Below are positions 52,561 through 63,207 of a DNA stretch of 64,000 nt, in pieces. The stretch is from the NCBI GenBank assembly GCA_029838195.1, contig JALGVJ010000008.1, positions 70,132-134,131 of the forward strand. The letters run 5' to 3'. The notes beneath the pieces were generated by a model that worked only from the letters and a program-made list of their open reading frames with translations, did no database searches and had not been told where the DNA came from. The DNA is from Promethearchaeota archaeon. GTDB lineage: Archaea > Asgardarchaeota > Lokiarchaeia > Sigyniarchaeales > SOKP01. Position 1 is the first letter of the stretch. Every line of letters starts with the position of its first letter. Position numbers and translations under genes: made by a program.

Positions 52561-52962
52561 TTAATGGTGTTGATGACCAAACATATCGTCCGCTTCTGTA
52601 TGTATTTTATCTATTCCATATCCCTTTCCTGCCCCCGGTTTACAGAGCCCTTCACCACCTTCTAACGTTCCATCAAGGATTTTTTTTATAACGTCCTCAA
52701 TCTTTCCTTGTACGCCGTTAATCACTTCAATGTTATATTGATTAAAAAAGTCAACGGCTTTAGGTCCCATTCCTCCCGTGATAATACATTTCGCACCTTG
52801 TTGATATATAAAGGCCGGGATATTTCCTATACTATGCCCAGGATTAGGTAATTCATTTATTTCCACCACTTTACCATCTTCAATAGTAACAAAAGTAAAG
52901 GTCGGAGCTCTCCCAAAATGGGCAGATACTCTTCCAGAATCAGAACTAATTGCAATTTTCAT
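52561..52962 (-). CDS. NifB/NifX-family (FeMo-cofactor-binding domain) protein
   Basis: MKIAI, VSAHFGRAP, IITGGMGPKA. Confidence 0.88.
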   Translation of the reverse strand: MKIAISSDSGRVSAHFGRAPTFTFVTIEDGKVVEINELPNPGHSIGNIPAFIYQQGAKCIITGGMGPKAVDFFNQYNIEVINGVQGKIEDVIKKILDGTLEGGEGLCKPGAGKGYGIDKIHTEADDMFGHQHH

Positions 52963-53176
52963 AATATATCCAATTTTTTATTAAACTTTAATTATCTAAT
53001 AGAGAGATTATTTTTAAGTTTAACGAATAATTATTCATAACCAATTTTTCATGTCTTTACATTAAGTGCAATTTAAAGGAAATTCATTAAATATTCTTGA
53101 TGATCTTATTATATTGTTATTTATTAAATTAAAAAAATCATTTCGTTCCTTTTTGATGATGGAAAACATTTCAATC

Positions 53177-54553
53177 TCATTTAATCAATTTTCGTTCGCC
53201 TACTTTTCTGTAAATAAATCCTTTCTCCTCTACCTTTTTTCTATCAAAAATATTCCTGCCATCAATGATAATTGGCGTTTTTACTTTTTTCCTCAAATCA
53301 TTTAAATCTATATCATAATATTGTTTATGATTAGTGGCAAAAATTAAAATGTCTGCATCCTTGACGGCATGATCAAAATCATCCGTTAATTCCGTGAGTG
53401 TGTAATCTTTTTCCTTCACGTACGGATCATGAGCAACATAGACAATATTATGAGAATGATATCTGTTTTGTAAAATCATGACAATATTCTCCGAAGGAGT
53501 ATTTCGCGTGTCATCCGTGTCTGCTTTATAAGAAACCCCAAGTAAGGTAATTTTAAGATTATCCACGCACATCCCTTTTTCTTGTAAAGCATCTTCCATG
53601 AGCTCCACCACGTGTTCTGGCATGTAATCATTTAAATATCTTGAATTAGAGATCATTTTAATTTTATCTTTATATTTTTTTTTCGTGTAGGCCTCATATC
53701 CATGAAGTAATAACCAAGGATCTTTAGTCAGACAATGCCCACCTACACCCGAACCGGGATAATGCATCATCCGATCATGCCTATAATTGATTAATTCTAT
53801 GATTTCATAAATGTTTCTATTGAAATCTTCGCATAAAAGAGCCATTTCATTGGCAAAGGCAATGTTTACATCCCTGTATGCATTTTCAATGCATTTTGTC
53901 AATTCTGCCGTTAATGTATCCGTGATTTGAAGCTCTTTTTTGACAACCTTCCCATATAAGAATTTAGCACGTTCATTTGCTTCCGGACATCCCCCTCCAA
54001 TAACGCGGGGAAAATTTGTAATGTATTCGATCAATTTCCCCGGCATGACACGTTCAAATGAAAACACGAGATAAAAGTCTTTTCCCCGTTTTAACCCGCT
54101 TCCTTTTTCCAAGATTGGCTGCACGATGTAATCTGTAGTACCGGGAGCTACCGTGGATTCAATAATAATTGTAACCCCTTTTTTCATGTGCTTGGCTATT
54201 TTGGCAGATACTTCTTTTAACGATTCATAGCGGGGTATTTTCATGTCATCAACAGGCGTTTGAACATCAATCAGAATATAATCCGCTGTTTCCACGTCAT
54301 CATATTTATCGGTAACCTTGAACTTGCCATTTTTTACCACGCGTTCAATTAATTCGTCTAAACCGGGCTCTTCTCCTTCAAAAGGATTTTTCCCGGCATT
54401 TAACCAATCTATTTTCCATCCAGACCGTTTTGATCTCCTTTGAATGCCTGTAACATAAAATCCATCAACATCTGCTAGTAAGGCAGCCATGGGGATCCCT
54501 ACATACCCCATTCCGATAACTATAATTCGAGTAATCCCTTTTTCATTATCCAT
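53177..54553 (-). CDS. Nucleotide-sugar dehydrogenase (UDP-ManNAc/UDP-glucose DH family)
   Basis: GMGYVG, ESTVAPGTT, ENAYRDVNIAFANE, GVGGHCL.KDP, YKADTDDTRNTP. Confidence 0.92.
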   Translation of the reverse strand: MDNEKGITRIIVIGMGYVGIPMAALLADVDGFYVTGIQRRSKRSGWKIDWLNAGKNPFEGEEPGLDELIERVVKNGKFKVTDKYDDVETADYILIDVQTPVDDMKIPRYESLKEVSAKIAKHMKKGVTIIIESTVAPGTTDYIVQPILEKGSGLKRGKDFYLVFSFERVMPGKLIEYITNFPRVIGGGCPEANERAKFLYGKVVKKELQITDTLTAELTKCIENAYRDVNIAFANEMALLCEDFNRNIYEIIELINYRHDRMMHYPGSGVGGHCLTKDPWLLLHGYEAYTKKKYKDKIKMISNSRYLNDYMPEHVVELMEDALQEKGMCVDNLKITLLGVSYKADTDDTRNTPSENIVMILQNRYHSHNIVYVAHDPYVKEKDYTLTELTDDFDHAVKDADILIFATNHKQYYDIDLNDLRKKVKTPIIIDGRNIFDRKKVEEKGFIYRKVGERKLIK

Positions 54554-54991
54554 TCTTTTTCCTCAAACTGAATTTTATATTTTTCAAAATTTTCGATGAA
54601 TTTTTAATTTTTTTAAAACATGTATCTCAATCATTCATTACATGACTATTAGAGTTGTAAGATACATTTTTTTTAATGATGCATTCTACTAAAAATTTCA
54701 TGAGTTTTAAAATTTTCAAGAATTCCATGAACCTCGCTCATCAAGCTCCTTTTTTTTTAAAAATAGAATTTTTGCTAATTTTATTGTCAAAGAAATCCAT
54801 AATAAGTGAGCTTACCGACGAGAATTTTTTAGTTTTCTTCAATCTTGGAAGATACTTTTGATAATTATGCTAACAATTTTTGAAAATATCATTTTCTACA
54901 TTCCATGCTTTGATTTTTCCCTATTGAGTATTATAAACGTAGATTCTTTTTTAACTGAACCATTAAATAGTTTCATGGCTTATTAATTATC

Positions 54992-56185
54992 ATGGAAATT
55001 GGAAAAACTCATATGAAGGATATAATACGATTAAGACCGGATTCCGTGAAAAGAAGAAGAATATCGAGCTACGATAGAACAGGGGGAAACCATGATTGGA
55101 TTGACGTGAAACCGGGAGAAAAAGTAGTACTCGCCGAAGTAAAAGGCGCTGGAATCATTACTCACATCTGGTGCACGATGATGTGTAGAGCTAAACATTA
55201 TTTAAGAAACGTGATCCTCCGCTTTTATTGGGATGATGAGTCAGAAGATACTCCCTCCGTAGAAGCGCCTATAGGAGATTTCTTCGGAATGGGGCATGCC
55301 AAGCGAGAAAATTATATTTCCTTACCCTTTCAAATGAGTCCACAGAATGGGCGCGGTTTTAATTGTTGGTGGCCCATGCCATTCTCAAAAGGGTTTAAAA
55401 TTACTTTAGAGAATGATAATCCTAAGCTATACCGCCTATATTATTATATTGATTATGAAATTCATGAAGAAGGCTTACCAAATGAAACCGATATTGGACG
55501 ATTTCACGCTCAATGGAGGCGAGAAAATCCGCCACCCGTAAAAACTCATGATCCTGAAACCAGAAAAAAGTTTACCCCTTTAAAACCCATTCATTTTAAC
55601 TTATTCGGAGGGAAAAATAAGGAACCCCTAAAATACAATTATAAAATTTTAGAAGCTCGGGGGAAAGGACATTATGTAGGATGCAATTTGAATATAGACA
55701 ACAGCACGTTTATGCCGTGGTTTATAAATTGGCCGGGGGAAGGAGATGACATGATCTTTATTGATGAGGATATCGAAAAAGGAATTCCCACTTTATATGG
55801 CACGGGTACGGAGGATTACGTGAATCAAGCTTTTTGTCCTCGAGAAAAACAAACTGCTCCTTATCACGGCACCATTAAACCCGGCGGGTTAAATTGGTGG
55901 GGAAAAATCACGTATTATCGATATCACGTTGAGGATCCTGTTTATTTTAACAAACAAATAATCGTGTCGATTGAGCATGGTCATGATAACCATAGAGCCG
56001 ATGATTGGTCATCAACCGCCTATTGGTATCAAAGAGAACCTCATGATCATTCTTTATTTCCCGTATTACTTCCACGAGAGAAACGAATACCCAATACTCA
56101 CGCATTTCATGTAATTAGAAAACTAATTTGTCTCTTAATAATTTTTGCCTCATTAATCTGGGGAATGGTGGCATTATTTGTTTAA
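54992..56185 (+). CDS. DUF2961 family glycoside hydrolase-like protein with C-terminal TM helix
   Basis: SSYDRTGGNHD, GAGIITHIW, WPGEGDDMIFID, GTGTEDY, IEHGH. Confidence 0.85.
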   Translation: MEIGKTHMKDIIRLRPDSVKRRRISSYDRTGGNHDWIDVKPGEKVVLAEVKGAGIITHIWCTMMCRAKHYLRNVILRFYWDDESEDTPSVEAPIGDFFGMGHAKRENYISLPFQMSPQNGRGFNCWWPMPFSKGFKITLENDNPKLYRLYYYIDYEIHEEGLPNETDIGRFHAQWRRENPPPVKTHDPETRKKFTPLKPIHFNLFGGKNKEPLKYNYKILEARGKGHYVGCNLNIDNSTFMPWFINWPGEGDDMIFIDEDIEKGIPTLYGTGTEDYVNQAFCPREKQTAPYHGTIKPGGLNWWGKITYYRYHVEDPVYFNKQIIVSIEHGHDNHRADDWSSTAYWYQREPHDHSLFPVLLPREKRIPNTHAFHVIRKLICLLIIFASLIWGMVALFV

Positions 56186-56303
56186 TAAATATACCTTTTT
56201 TTCTTTTAATCATCTTAAAAATTAAGAGCACTTATTTAATGATACAAGAATTAACTACCCCGGAGCATGAATAGAATATAAAATCAGAGACGGTTTTAAT
56301 ATC

Positions 56304-56690
56304 CTATTTTTTCAAAATTCTATTGATCGTATCTAATAAATCTTTTCCCGAAAAGGGCTTGGTAATGTAAAAATCAGCACCCAAGCGCTTGCCTTTTTGC
56401 ACGTCTTCATTAAAGCTTTTTACGGTAAATAACACTACGATAATGTCTTGATAATTCTCATTAGACTTAATTTCTTCTAAAACTTTGTAACCTGACTTTC
56501 CAGGCATCATGATGTCGAGGAGAACCAAGATGATTTTCTCATGATGTTCCTCGATGATTTTAATGGCTTCTTTTCCACTATTGCAAGTGATTGTCTCATA
56601 TCCTCCCATTTCGAGAAATCGTTGAGTTAATGTAACAATATCCGGTTCATCATCACATATTAGAATAGTTTGTTTTTCTTGAGCGACCAT
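56304..56690 (-). CDS. Stand-alone response regulator receiver
   Basis: ICDDE, LLDIMMP, YITKPF. Confidence 0.92.
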   Translation of the reverse strand: MVAQEKQTILICDDEPDIVTLTQRFLEMGGYETITCNSGKEAIKIIEEHHEKIILVLLDIMMPGKSGYKVLEEIKSNENYQDIIVVLFTVKSFNEDVQKGKRLGADFYITKPFSGKDLLDTINRILKK

Positions 56691-56816
56691 ATTAATATAC
56701 TACTAACCCTGGTGTTTATATCATGCTTATCTTTTTAAAACAGATGCAAATATTTTTTAAAAGAAAAATATTTTTTCTTTAAATTAAAGTTAATTCTTTT
56801 TTAAACAATTTAAATT

Positions 56817-57464
56817 TTGTCGAAATTACCAAAATTTCCCGATTCTTATATCGGAAAAGCGGCAAACGAGTATGATTCAGCGGTGTGGATGGAGCGAAAT
56901 CAGAAAAAAACCACGCTTAAATTGCTCAATCTATTAAGAGATCCTCATTTAGGCCCCTCAATTAATGTTAAAGAAAATTTTTCGAATATAATTCTGGAAT
57001 TAGGGTGTGGTACGGGGTTTTCATCGGAAATAATTTTGAATCACGGATTTCGCGTGATTGGAATAGACATTTTATGGGACATGTTATCTTTAGCTAAGGA
57101 AAAATTCAGGGATAATAAATCAAATCATCTTCACTTCATAATGGCTGATATTAATTATTTACCGATTCGAATGAAAAAAATTGACCATGTATTATCCGTT
57201 TCGGCTTATAATTTCATCATTCATGGATTAAAATCAACCCAGCAAATTAAAAAAGTGTTGAATGCTACTACACGACAAATAAACGATTGCTTGAAAGCCC
57301 ACGGGAGGGTAATTATTGAATTTTATCCGAAAAATGAAAAAGAACTGACCCTTTTCGTGGAATCCTTTCTCAATAATGGGTTTGAAGGATTCATGATAAA
57401 GAAAAAGCCAAATCAAAAAGGAGGACAAACATTTTTACTATTGAAAAAGAAATATTCTGAATAA
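56817..57464 (+). CDS. Class I SAM methyltransferase, Bud23/WBSCR22-like
   Basis: LELGCGTG motif I, GIDI..DML, EFYPKN...GFEG segment resembling Bud23. Confidence 0.75.
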   Translation: MSKLPKFPDSYIGKAANEYDSAVWMERNQKKTTLKLLNLLRDPHLGPSINVKENFSNIILELGCGTGFSSEIILNHGFRVIGIDILWDMLSLAKEKFRDNKSNHLHFIMADINYLPIRMKKIDHVLSVSAYNFIIHGLKSTQQIKKVLNATTRQINDCLKAHGRVIIEFYPKNEKELTLFVESFLNNGFEGFMIKKKPNQKGGQTFLLLKKKYSE

Positions 57465-57581
57465 AATATCCCTGCTCCACATGAAGTCATTTAGATAAAG
57501 CTACACCCATGAAAAATCATAAATATGAGCTTGGTGTTTATTATAATGGAAATTAATTGAATAATAGAGGTATACATGTAA

Positions 57582-58724
57582 ATGGGAACATGCAAATTTT
57601 GTGGCAAGACCGATAAATTAATCTCAAGCGTGCTCCAAGCTTGTCGTGATTGCATCTTATTTAAAAATTGGGAATTAATTAAATCTCACCTGCTTCAAGT
57701 TCATGCTAAAATTAGATCGCAGGTAGATTTACCAAGCTTTCCCCTTGTTAAAGATAATTTTTCCCAAATAAAATTATCTTGCAATTTATGCATTAATCAG
57801 TGCAGGTTAAAAGCCGGAGAAGTGAGCTATTGCGGTTTGAAAAGATTAGATGCAAGCGGTCTTGCAGAAATCCCGTTCCCTTCGAAAACCACGGCCTACA
57901 TGCACGGTTATTTAGATCCCAACCCAACAAACTGCTGCAATGCTTGGTTTTGCCCCGCCGGCACGAGAAGAGGATATCCAACCTATTCTACTCATGAGGG
58001 TCCCGAATTTGGCACCTATAGTTATGCAGCTTTCTTTTATGGATGTAGTTTTAATTGTCTTTTTTGCCAAAATGCTTCTCACAAATTCATTTCGGAAAAA
58101 AATTTAGTGTACGTGGACGATATTGCCAAGCAAATCGCTTCAAATGAAAAAATCACGTGTTTATGTTATTTTGGCGGCACTCCTGAACCCCATCTACCCT
58201 TTTCAATAAATTTAGCGCGCCAAACTCTTAAGAAAATCAAAAATTTGGGGAAAAAACGGGTAATGCGGTTTTGTTGGGAATGGAATGGCACGGGAAGAGC
58301 TCATTTGATCGAAGAGTGCATGAAGATTGCCTTTGAAACCGGAGGAAATATCAAATTTGATTTAAAAAGTTTTAATGAGCGGTTAAATATCGCTTTATGT
58401 GGAATAAGTAATGAAAGAACCCTTTCGAATTTTAAGTTTTTAGCAGAAAATTATTTTGGAAAAAGGAATGAGTTGCCGGAGCTTTCTGGATGTACATTAT
58501 TAGTACCGCACTACGTGAATCATGAAGAAGTGGAAGAAATTGCCCGATTTATCGCATCAATAAATGAGGATATTCCTTATAGCTTGTTAATCTTTCATCC
58601 GGACTATAAAATGAAGGATTTACCCATAACTCCTCGAGAGCAAGTAGAAAAATGTCTGCATGTTGCTAAAAAGCATTTAAAAAATGTTCACGTGGGCAAC
58701 ATGTTTTTACTCCAATTTCAATAA
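57582..58724 (+). CDS. Radical SAM protein (PFL-activase/AmmeMemoRadiSam-like)
   Basis: GCSFNCLFCQN CxxxCxxC, FGGTPEP, KFDLK, FHPDY. Confidence 0.88.
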   Translation: MGTCKFCGKTDKLISSVLQACRDCILFKNWELIKSHLLQVHAKIRSQVDLPSFPLVKDNFSQIKLSCNLCINQCRLKAGEVSYCGLKRLDASGLAEIPFPSKTTAYMHGYLDPNPTNCCNAWFCPAGTRRGYPTYSTHEGPEFGTYSYAAFFYGCSFNCLFCQNASHKFISEKNLVYVDDIAKQIASNEKITCLCYFGGTPEPHLPFSINLARQTLKKIKNLGKKRVMRFCWEWNGTGRAHLIEECMKIAFETGGNIKFDLKSFNERLNIALCGISNERTLSNFKFLAENYFGKRNELPELSGCTLLVPHYVNHEEVEEIARFIASINEDIPYSLLIFHPDYKMKDLPITPREQVEKCLHVAKKHLKNVHVGNMFLLQFQ

Positions 58725-58846
58725 TGAAACGGATATATATTTTTTGATTTTTATAAAAAAATTTAATTATAACGCTTCCCTTTACATCTTACTACTTGAC
58801 GTGAAGTATTAATATGCATGGAACATATCAAAAATATCATCGGTGA

Positions 58847-59158
58847 GTGGCCATACAAAAAGCACGAATACGATTATCTAGTACAGAATTAGATGCCTTG
58901 AATTCTGTCTGCCAGCAAATCGAATCCGTATGTAAAAGCCAAGGAATCAAAAAATACGGACCCATCCCTCTTCCTACCAAAAGATTAAAAGTGCCCGTGA
59001 GAAAAGCTCCTTCAGGACAAGGAACTGAAACATGGGCTAAATTTGAAATGCGCATTCATAAACGTCTTTTTGAAATCATCGCGAATGAACGGAGCATGCA
59101 TCTCATCATGAAGATTCAGATTCCCGAAAGTGTTTTAGTCGAAATTGAGTTAATGTAA
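58847..59158 (+). CDS. rps10: 30S ribosomal protein S10 (uS10), archaeal type
   Basis: ARIRLSS, GPIPLPTKRL.VPVRKAPSGQGTETW..FEMRIHKR. Confidence 0.97.
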   Translation: MAIQKARIRLSSTELDALNSVCQQIESVCKSQGIKKYGPIPLPTKRLKVPVRKAPSGQGTETWAKFEMRIHKRLFEIIANERSMHLIMKIQIPESVLVEIELM

Positions 59159-59287
59159 AGATTATATCTATACCTATTAAATTCCCATTTTTCGTTTAGT
59201 ACATTCTTATTTTAACAAGGTATTAATTTAAATAAGTTAAATTTATTATTTAAATGAATAAAAGAGCTCACATGAGGTATTCTTACC

Positions 59288-60016
59288 TTGACAGATTATC
59301 ACGTAAAAAGCTTTTATGGCGTAGAAACAGCCTTGATCTTCACGAGTCCCTCCCAAAAAATTCCATATATCACCTTGAATTGCTTGAAAAAAAAGAATAA
59401 TAAAGATTGGGAGGATCTCTCGAAAGGAGAAGGAAAAACCATTCATTTATCCATGGAAGAGATAATTTGCATGTTAGAAGTGTTGAAAAAAAAAATTTCT
59501 CATTGGCATGGTTATCATGTATTTAGAGAAGATAAAACTGAAATCCACGTAGGATGGGAAGATGAATCCCGCCAAGTGGTTATTTTTAAAATTGAAGATT
59601 ATGTTAAAAAACTTCGATTTCCCAACCTTAATTTTCTCACGCTCTTATTAGAACACGTGCTGTCGGAAAAAATCATACATGCAACTTCGGGAACACGAGA
59701 AGCTTTCGAGATAATGGAGGAAAAATTAAAATATGAAGAAGTGTATGGCTTGTTCTCCGAACACATAACGACAAGGGACGGACTTCAAGTGGTCGAAACA
59801 ACAGAGTATGATATAGACATTGAAACGGTAATGATTAAAGCAAAAATCAAGGTGGAAAGCCCCACGGCATTATTGATCATATTGGATTCCGGAGAGGAAT
59901 TTTGGATCCCAAAAATTATCATTCATGGGAAGTATGACCCTAAAGATACCAAACGATATCAAGATCTCCTCGTAGACAAATGGATTCTTGATAAAAATAA
60001 AGTAAAATTAGATTAA
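59288..60016 (+). CDS. Hypothetical protein
   Basis: 242-aa ORF with GAGGT SD before TTG. Confidence 0.65.
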   Translation: MTDYHVKSFYGVETALIFTSPSQKIPYITLNCLKKKNNKDWEDLSKGEGKTIHLSMEEIICMLEVLKKKISHWHGYHVFREDKTEIHVGWEDESRQVVIFKIEDYVKKLRFPNLNFLTLLLEHVLSEKIIHATSGTREAFEIMEEKLKYEEVYGLFSEHITTRDGLQVVETTEYDIDIETVMIKAKIKVESPTALLIILDSGEEFWIPKIIIHGKYDPKDTKRYQDLLVDKWILDKNKVKLD

Positions 60017-60204
60017 TTGATGATTAATTCTTTAACTAATTTAAACCATGTATTTTATCAATAAACGGATAACAGCATCGTTTTTCCTTAATCAATTTAT
60101 TATAAAAATATAATGAAGTACTACTCCTTTTCTAATTAACGCAAGATGTCCACCATTATAGGAAAAATAAATTATTTTATGGATTAACAATTCAAGATAT
60201 AATA

Positions 60205-61041
60205 ATGGATGGGTCAAAAATTAATATCGCTCTGCTTAAAGAGATGGCACAGCGTGTTCGCGAGAAAATAACTCCCTATATTGGAACACTTGCCGCCGAA
60301 GAACCATTTCAAAGAGGCGCTGGTGGCGATATTTCCATGAAAATTGATCTTTTAGCCGAAGATTTTATTGTTAAAATAATTGAAGAAAGGGGGCTAAATG
60401 TGGTATTAATTAGCGAGGAGTTAGGAACGCGCTATTTTGGGAATGCTAATCCGTCAAAAAAGGATCAAGATATTTTAATTGTGGATCCCGTTGATGGTTC
60501 TGCAAATGCCGTAAGAGGAATCCCGTTTTGTTCCATTTCCATCGCTCATGCTGTGGGAAATCGACTAAGTGATATTTTATCAGCCGTAGTCATGGATCTT
60601 ACAATCGGTGATATTTATTGGGCTGAAAAAAACCAAGGTGCCTATTGGAATGGGCATCGCATTCACGTATCCAAAAAGAAACTTTCTGATGATATTATTT
60701 TCGAATTAGATGCGGATAAAAAGGATATCATTAGTAAAATGCAAAAATATGGTTCCTTATTAGAAAAAATTTATAAAATTAGAGTTATGGGAAGTCTTGC
60801 TCTCAGTTTATGCTTGTTAGCAAGAGGGAGCATAGATGGATTATTAAACTTCACGGAGGGAACTCGAATCGTTGATATGGCTGCAGGGTATTTAATAGTT
60901 AATGAGGCAGGAGGAAAAACTTTTTCAATTGATGGATATGATTTAGAAGATAAATATACGTTCGACGATAAAATTCCTTTAATTGCAACAAATTCCAACC
61001 TTGAGTCTTTTTTTCGAAACCAATTGATGGAATGCCATTAA
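60205..61041 (+). CDS. Inositol monophosphatase/FBPase (SuhB family)
   Basis: ISEE, VDPVDGSAN, RVMGS, VDMAAG...EAGG. Confidence 0.92.
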   Translation: MDGSKINIALLKEMAQRVREKITPYIGTLAAEEPFQRGAGGDISMKIDLLAEDFIVKIIEERGLNVVLISEELGTRYFGNANPSKKDQDILIVDPVDGSANAVRGIPFCSISIAHAVGNRLSDILSAVVMDLTIGDIYWAEKNQGAYWNGHRIHVSKKKLSDDIIFELDADKKDIISKMQKYGSLLEKIYKIRVMGSLALSLCLLARGSIDGLLNFTEGTRIVDMAAGYLIVNEAGGKTFSIDGYDLEDKYTFDDKIPLIATNSNLESFFRNQLMECH

Positions 61042-61095
61042 ACATGCTCCTTTTATCTATAAAATGGATTTTTAATTTTAGATGGAAAGAATTAC

Positions 61096-61695
61096 ATGTC
61101 GGTTTATAATCGCCTTTCACGAGCTTTTTTTGCACGGGAAACAAAAACCGTTGCAAGGGAGTTATTAGGAAAATATCTTGTTAGAATCACAGAACACGGT
61201 GATATGGTTGGAAAAATAGTTGAAGTAGAAGCATATTTAGGCCCTCGGGATAAAGCTTGTCATTCATATAATTGGAAAAGAACTAAAAGGACAGAAGTAA
61301 TGTATGCTAAACCCGGCACGTTATACGTGTACCTAATTTATGGCATGTACCATTGTCTTAATGTCATAACAGAAAAAGAAGGAATGCCTTGTGCCGTTTT
61401 AATTAGACAACTATCACCTATCAAGGGAGTGGCCCTCATGAAAAAAAATAGACAAGGCAAGATCAATAAAAATAATAGTAATTTATTAAATGGCCCTGGA
61501 AAATTGTGCCAAGCATTAAATATTACAAAAGATTTATTCAATGGAAAAGATTCTTGTTCGAAGGATTCTCTCTTATTTTTTGCGGAAGGAGAAATTATTG
61601 ACCAAGATTTAATAAAGTTGAAAAAGAGAGTTGGAATTGAATATGCCCAAGAGGACAAGGATCTTCTCCTAAGATTTACCCTTTCTAAAGGATAA
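61096..61695 (+). CDS. DNA-3-methyladenine glycosylase (MPG/AAG family)
   Basis: IVEVEAYLG, YVYLIYGMYHCLNV, AVLIR, NGPGKLCQAL, RVGI. Confidence 0.93.
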   Translation: MSVYNRLSRAFFARETKTVARELLGKYLVRITEHGDMVGKIVEVEAYLGPRDKACHSYNWKRTKRTEVMYAKPGTLYVYLIYGMYHCLNVITEKEGMPCAVLIRQLSPIKGVALMKKNRQGKINKNNSNLLNGPGKLCQALNITKDLFNGKDSCSKDSLLFFAEGEIIDQDLIKLKKRVGIEYAQEDKDLLLRFTLSKG

Positions 61696-61834
61696 TTGGC
61701 GTTTAAATAATACAATCGAATATAAAAAGGAAGAATTTAAAAAGGAAATCTTTTATTGGTATTGCGAGTAAAATACAATTAATTACATGAATATATGGAA
61801 TTTCAATAAAATTATTATTCAATATAATCGTGAA

Positions 61835-62305
61835 ATGACGCGAGATGTATTAGTGTTTTTCCAGGCTTATATTAATGAAATGTTAGATATTGGAGGAGAA
61901 AATCTTCCAAAAACCATTTCTTCCCGTTTAGGCGCTAAATTAGCACGATCGTATAAAAAAAAAGGTATAAATAATATCCCTTTAGGGCTTAAAATACTTT
62001 TTAAAGGCATGAAAGCCAAAATAAAAATCAATGAAGTTCCAAATAATAAAATGGAAGTCATTAACAAATATAAATGGAAATTTTGCCCTATTGGGGGTAA
62101 ATTTAATCCTGCTCAAGCAAAAATAACCCAAGAAGCGATTTGCCGGCCTTACATGCTGGGCTTCTTAAATGAGATGGATCCCGAATATTTATATTCTTTA
62201 GAATCCATGGAATGCATGTTGGAATCGAATAAAAAGACCTGTGCATTTAGTATAACTTTTGAAGAAAAGAGAAAGGAGAATAAGAAAAATTCTAATTCTC
62301 TCTAA
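61835..62305 (+). CDS. V4R/MetOD1-like protein, paralog 1
   Basis: LGAKLA, FCPIGG...ICRPYMLGFL...ECM...CAF; ATG 61835 preferred. Confidence 0.6.
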   Translation: MTRDVLVFFQAYINEMLDIGGENLPKTISSRLGAKLARSYKKKGINNIPLGLKILFKGMKAKIKINEVPNNKMEVINKYKWKFCPIGGKFNPAQAKITQEAICRPYMLGFLNEMDPEYLYSLESMECMLESNKKTCAFSITFEEKRKENKKNSNSL

Positions 62306-62492
62306 AAACCAAACTTAGGTAATGGTAAATTTCGATTTTTTCCTATTTTTCCATTTTTTTTACTTATAAAATCACGTAAATGAATTAATTTCAATAACTT
62401 CTTTCTCCAACGAATAAATTGACGATCAATACTTTTAAATAGGTAAAAGATAAATTATTAAATAATATAACCCATGAAAAGCGTGACCAATC

Positions 62493-62975
62493 ATTACTAT
62501 CGATGCATTAAAATTTTTTCATTCGTTTTTAGGTTCTCTTATCGAAATGGGTGGGACTAATCTCCCAGCTACGGCATCTTCTCTTTTGGGCTCTAGATTG
62601 GCTAGATTATATAAACAAAAAGGAATCATCGGATTTATAAATGGTTTAAAAAAAAGCTATGAAGTATTGGGTGCCACCGTAAATGTTCAAGAACGTGAAC
62701 CAAATCTCTTCGAATTTAGCATGGAATATCCCGATAATTTCTGCCCCATCGGGGGCCATTATAATCCTGAAAAAGCTGAACTCGTTCAAAAAAGTATTTG
62801 CACGCCTTTTACAGAGGGCTTCTTAAAAGAAATGGATCCCACGTTTAAATATTCTGGCGATATTGAAGAATGCATTTTAAAAACTAATCAAAATAAATGC
62901 AAATATATCCTAAAATTAGAAAAGTTAAATACTAATGAATATTTATTGAATAAATCGAGTTCGGAAAAGAATTAA
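62493..62975 (+). CDS. V4R/MetOD1-like protein, paralog 2, proposed ATT start
   Basis: ITIDALKFFHSFLGSLIEMGG aligns with MTRDVLVFFQAYINEMLDIGG of paralog 1; FCPIGG...ICTPF..GFL...ECI...CKY. Confidence 0.6.
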   Translation: MTIDALKFFHSFLGSLIEMGGTNLPATASSLLGSRLARLYKQKGIIGFINGLKKSYEVLGATVNVQEREPNLFEFSMEYPDNFCPIGGHYNPEKAELVQKSICTPFTEGFLKEMDPTFKYSGDIEECILKTNQNKCKYILKLEKLNTNEYLLNKSSSEKN

Positions 62976-63207
62976 TATTCTCTTTTTTTTTGCTTTTTAC
63001 CTCGAAAAAATTAGTTTTTTTCTTTATTTCGGTATCCTTATCTATCTATTTTAAGTATGGCTATTGCTTGCTGTTGATTTCACGTGATTTAAATTATGTT
63101 AACACTTTTCTCAATCTATTTCTTTAATGATATAACTTCGCTATATTTCTTGTAATTTTAGAGTTGTTCCAGAAAATATTTTATTCCATGTTAATTTTAA
63201 TATACTT

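Noticed and set aside
308-61715. Many 60-160 aa ORFs antisense to or nested in long genes (e.g. 539..904, 19226..19702, 23354..23797, 42121..42570, 44308..44790, 61338..61715)
   Set aside because: Shadow frames of well-supported genes with no recognisable motifs.
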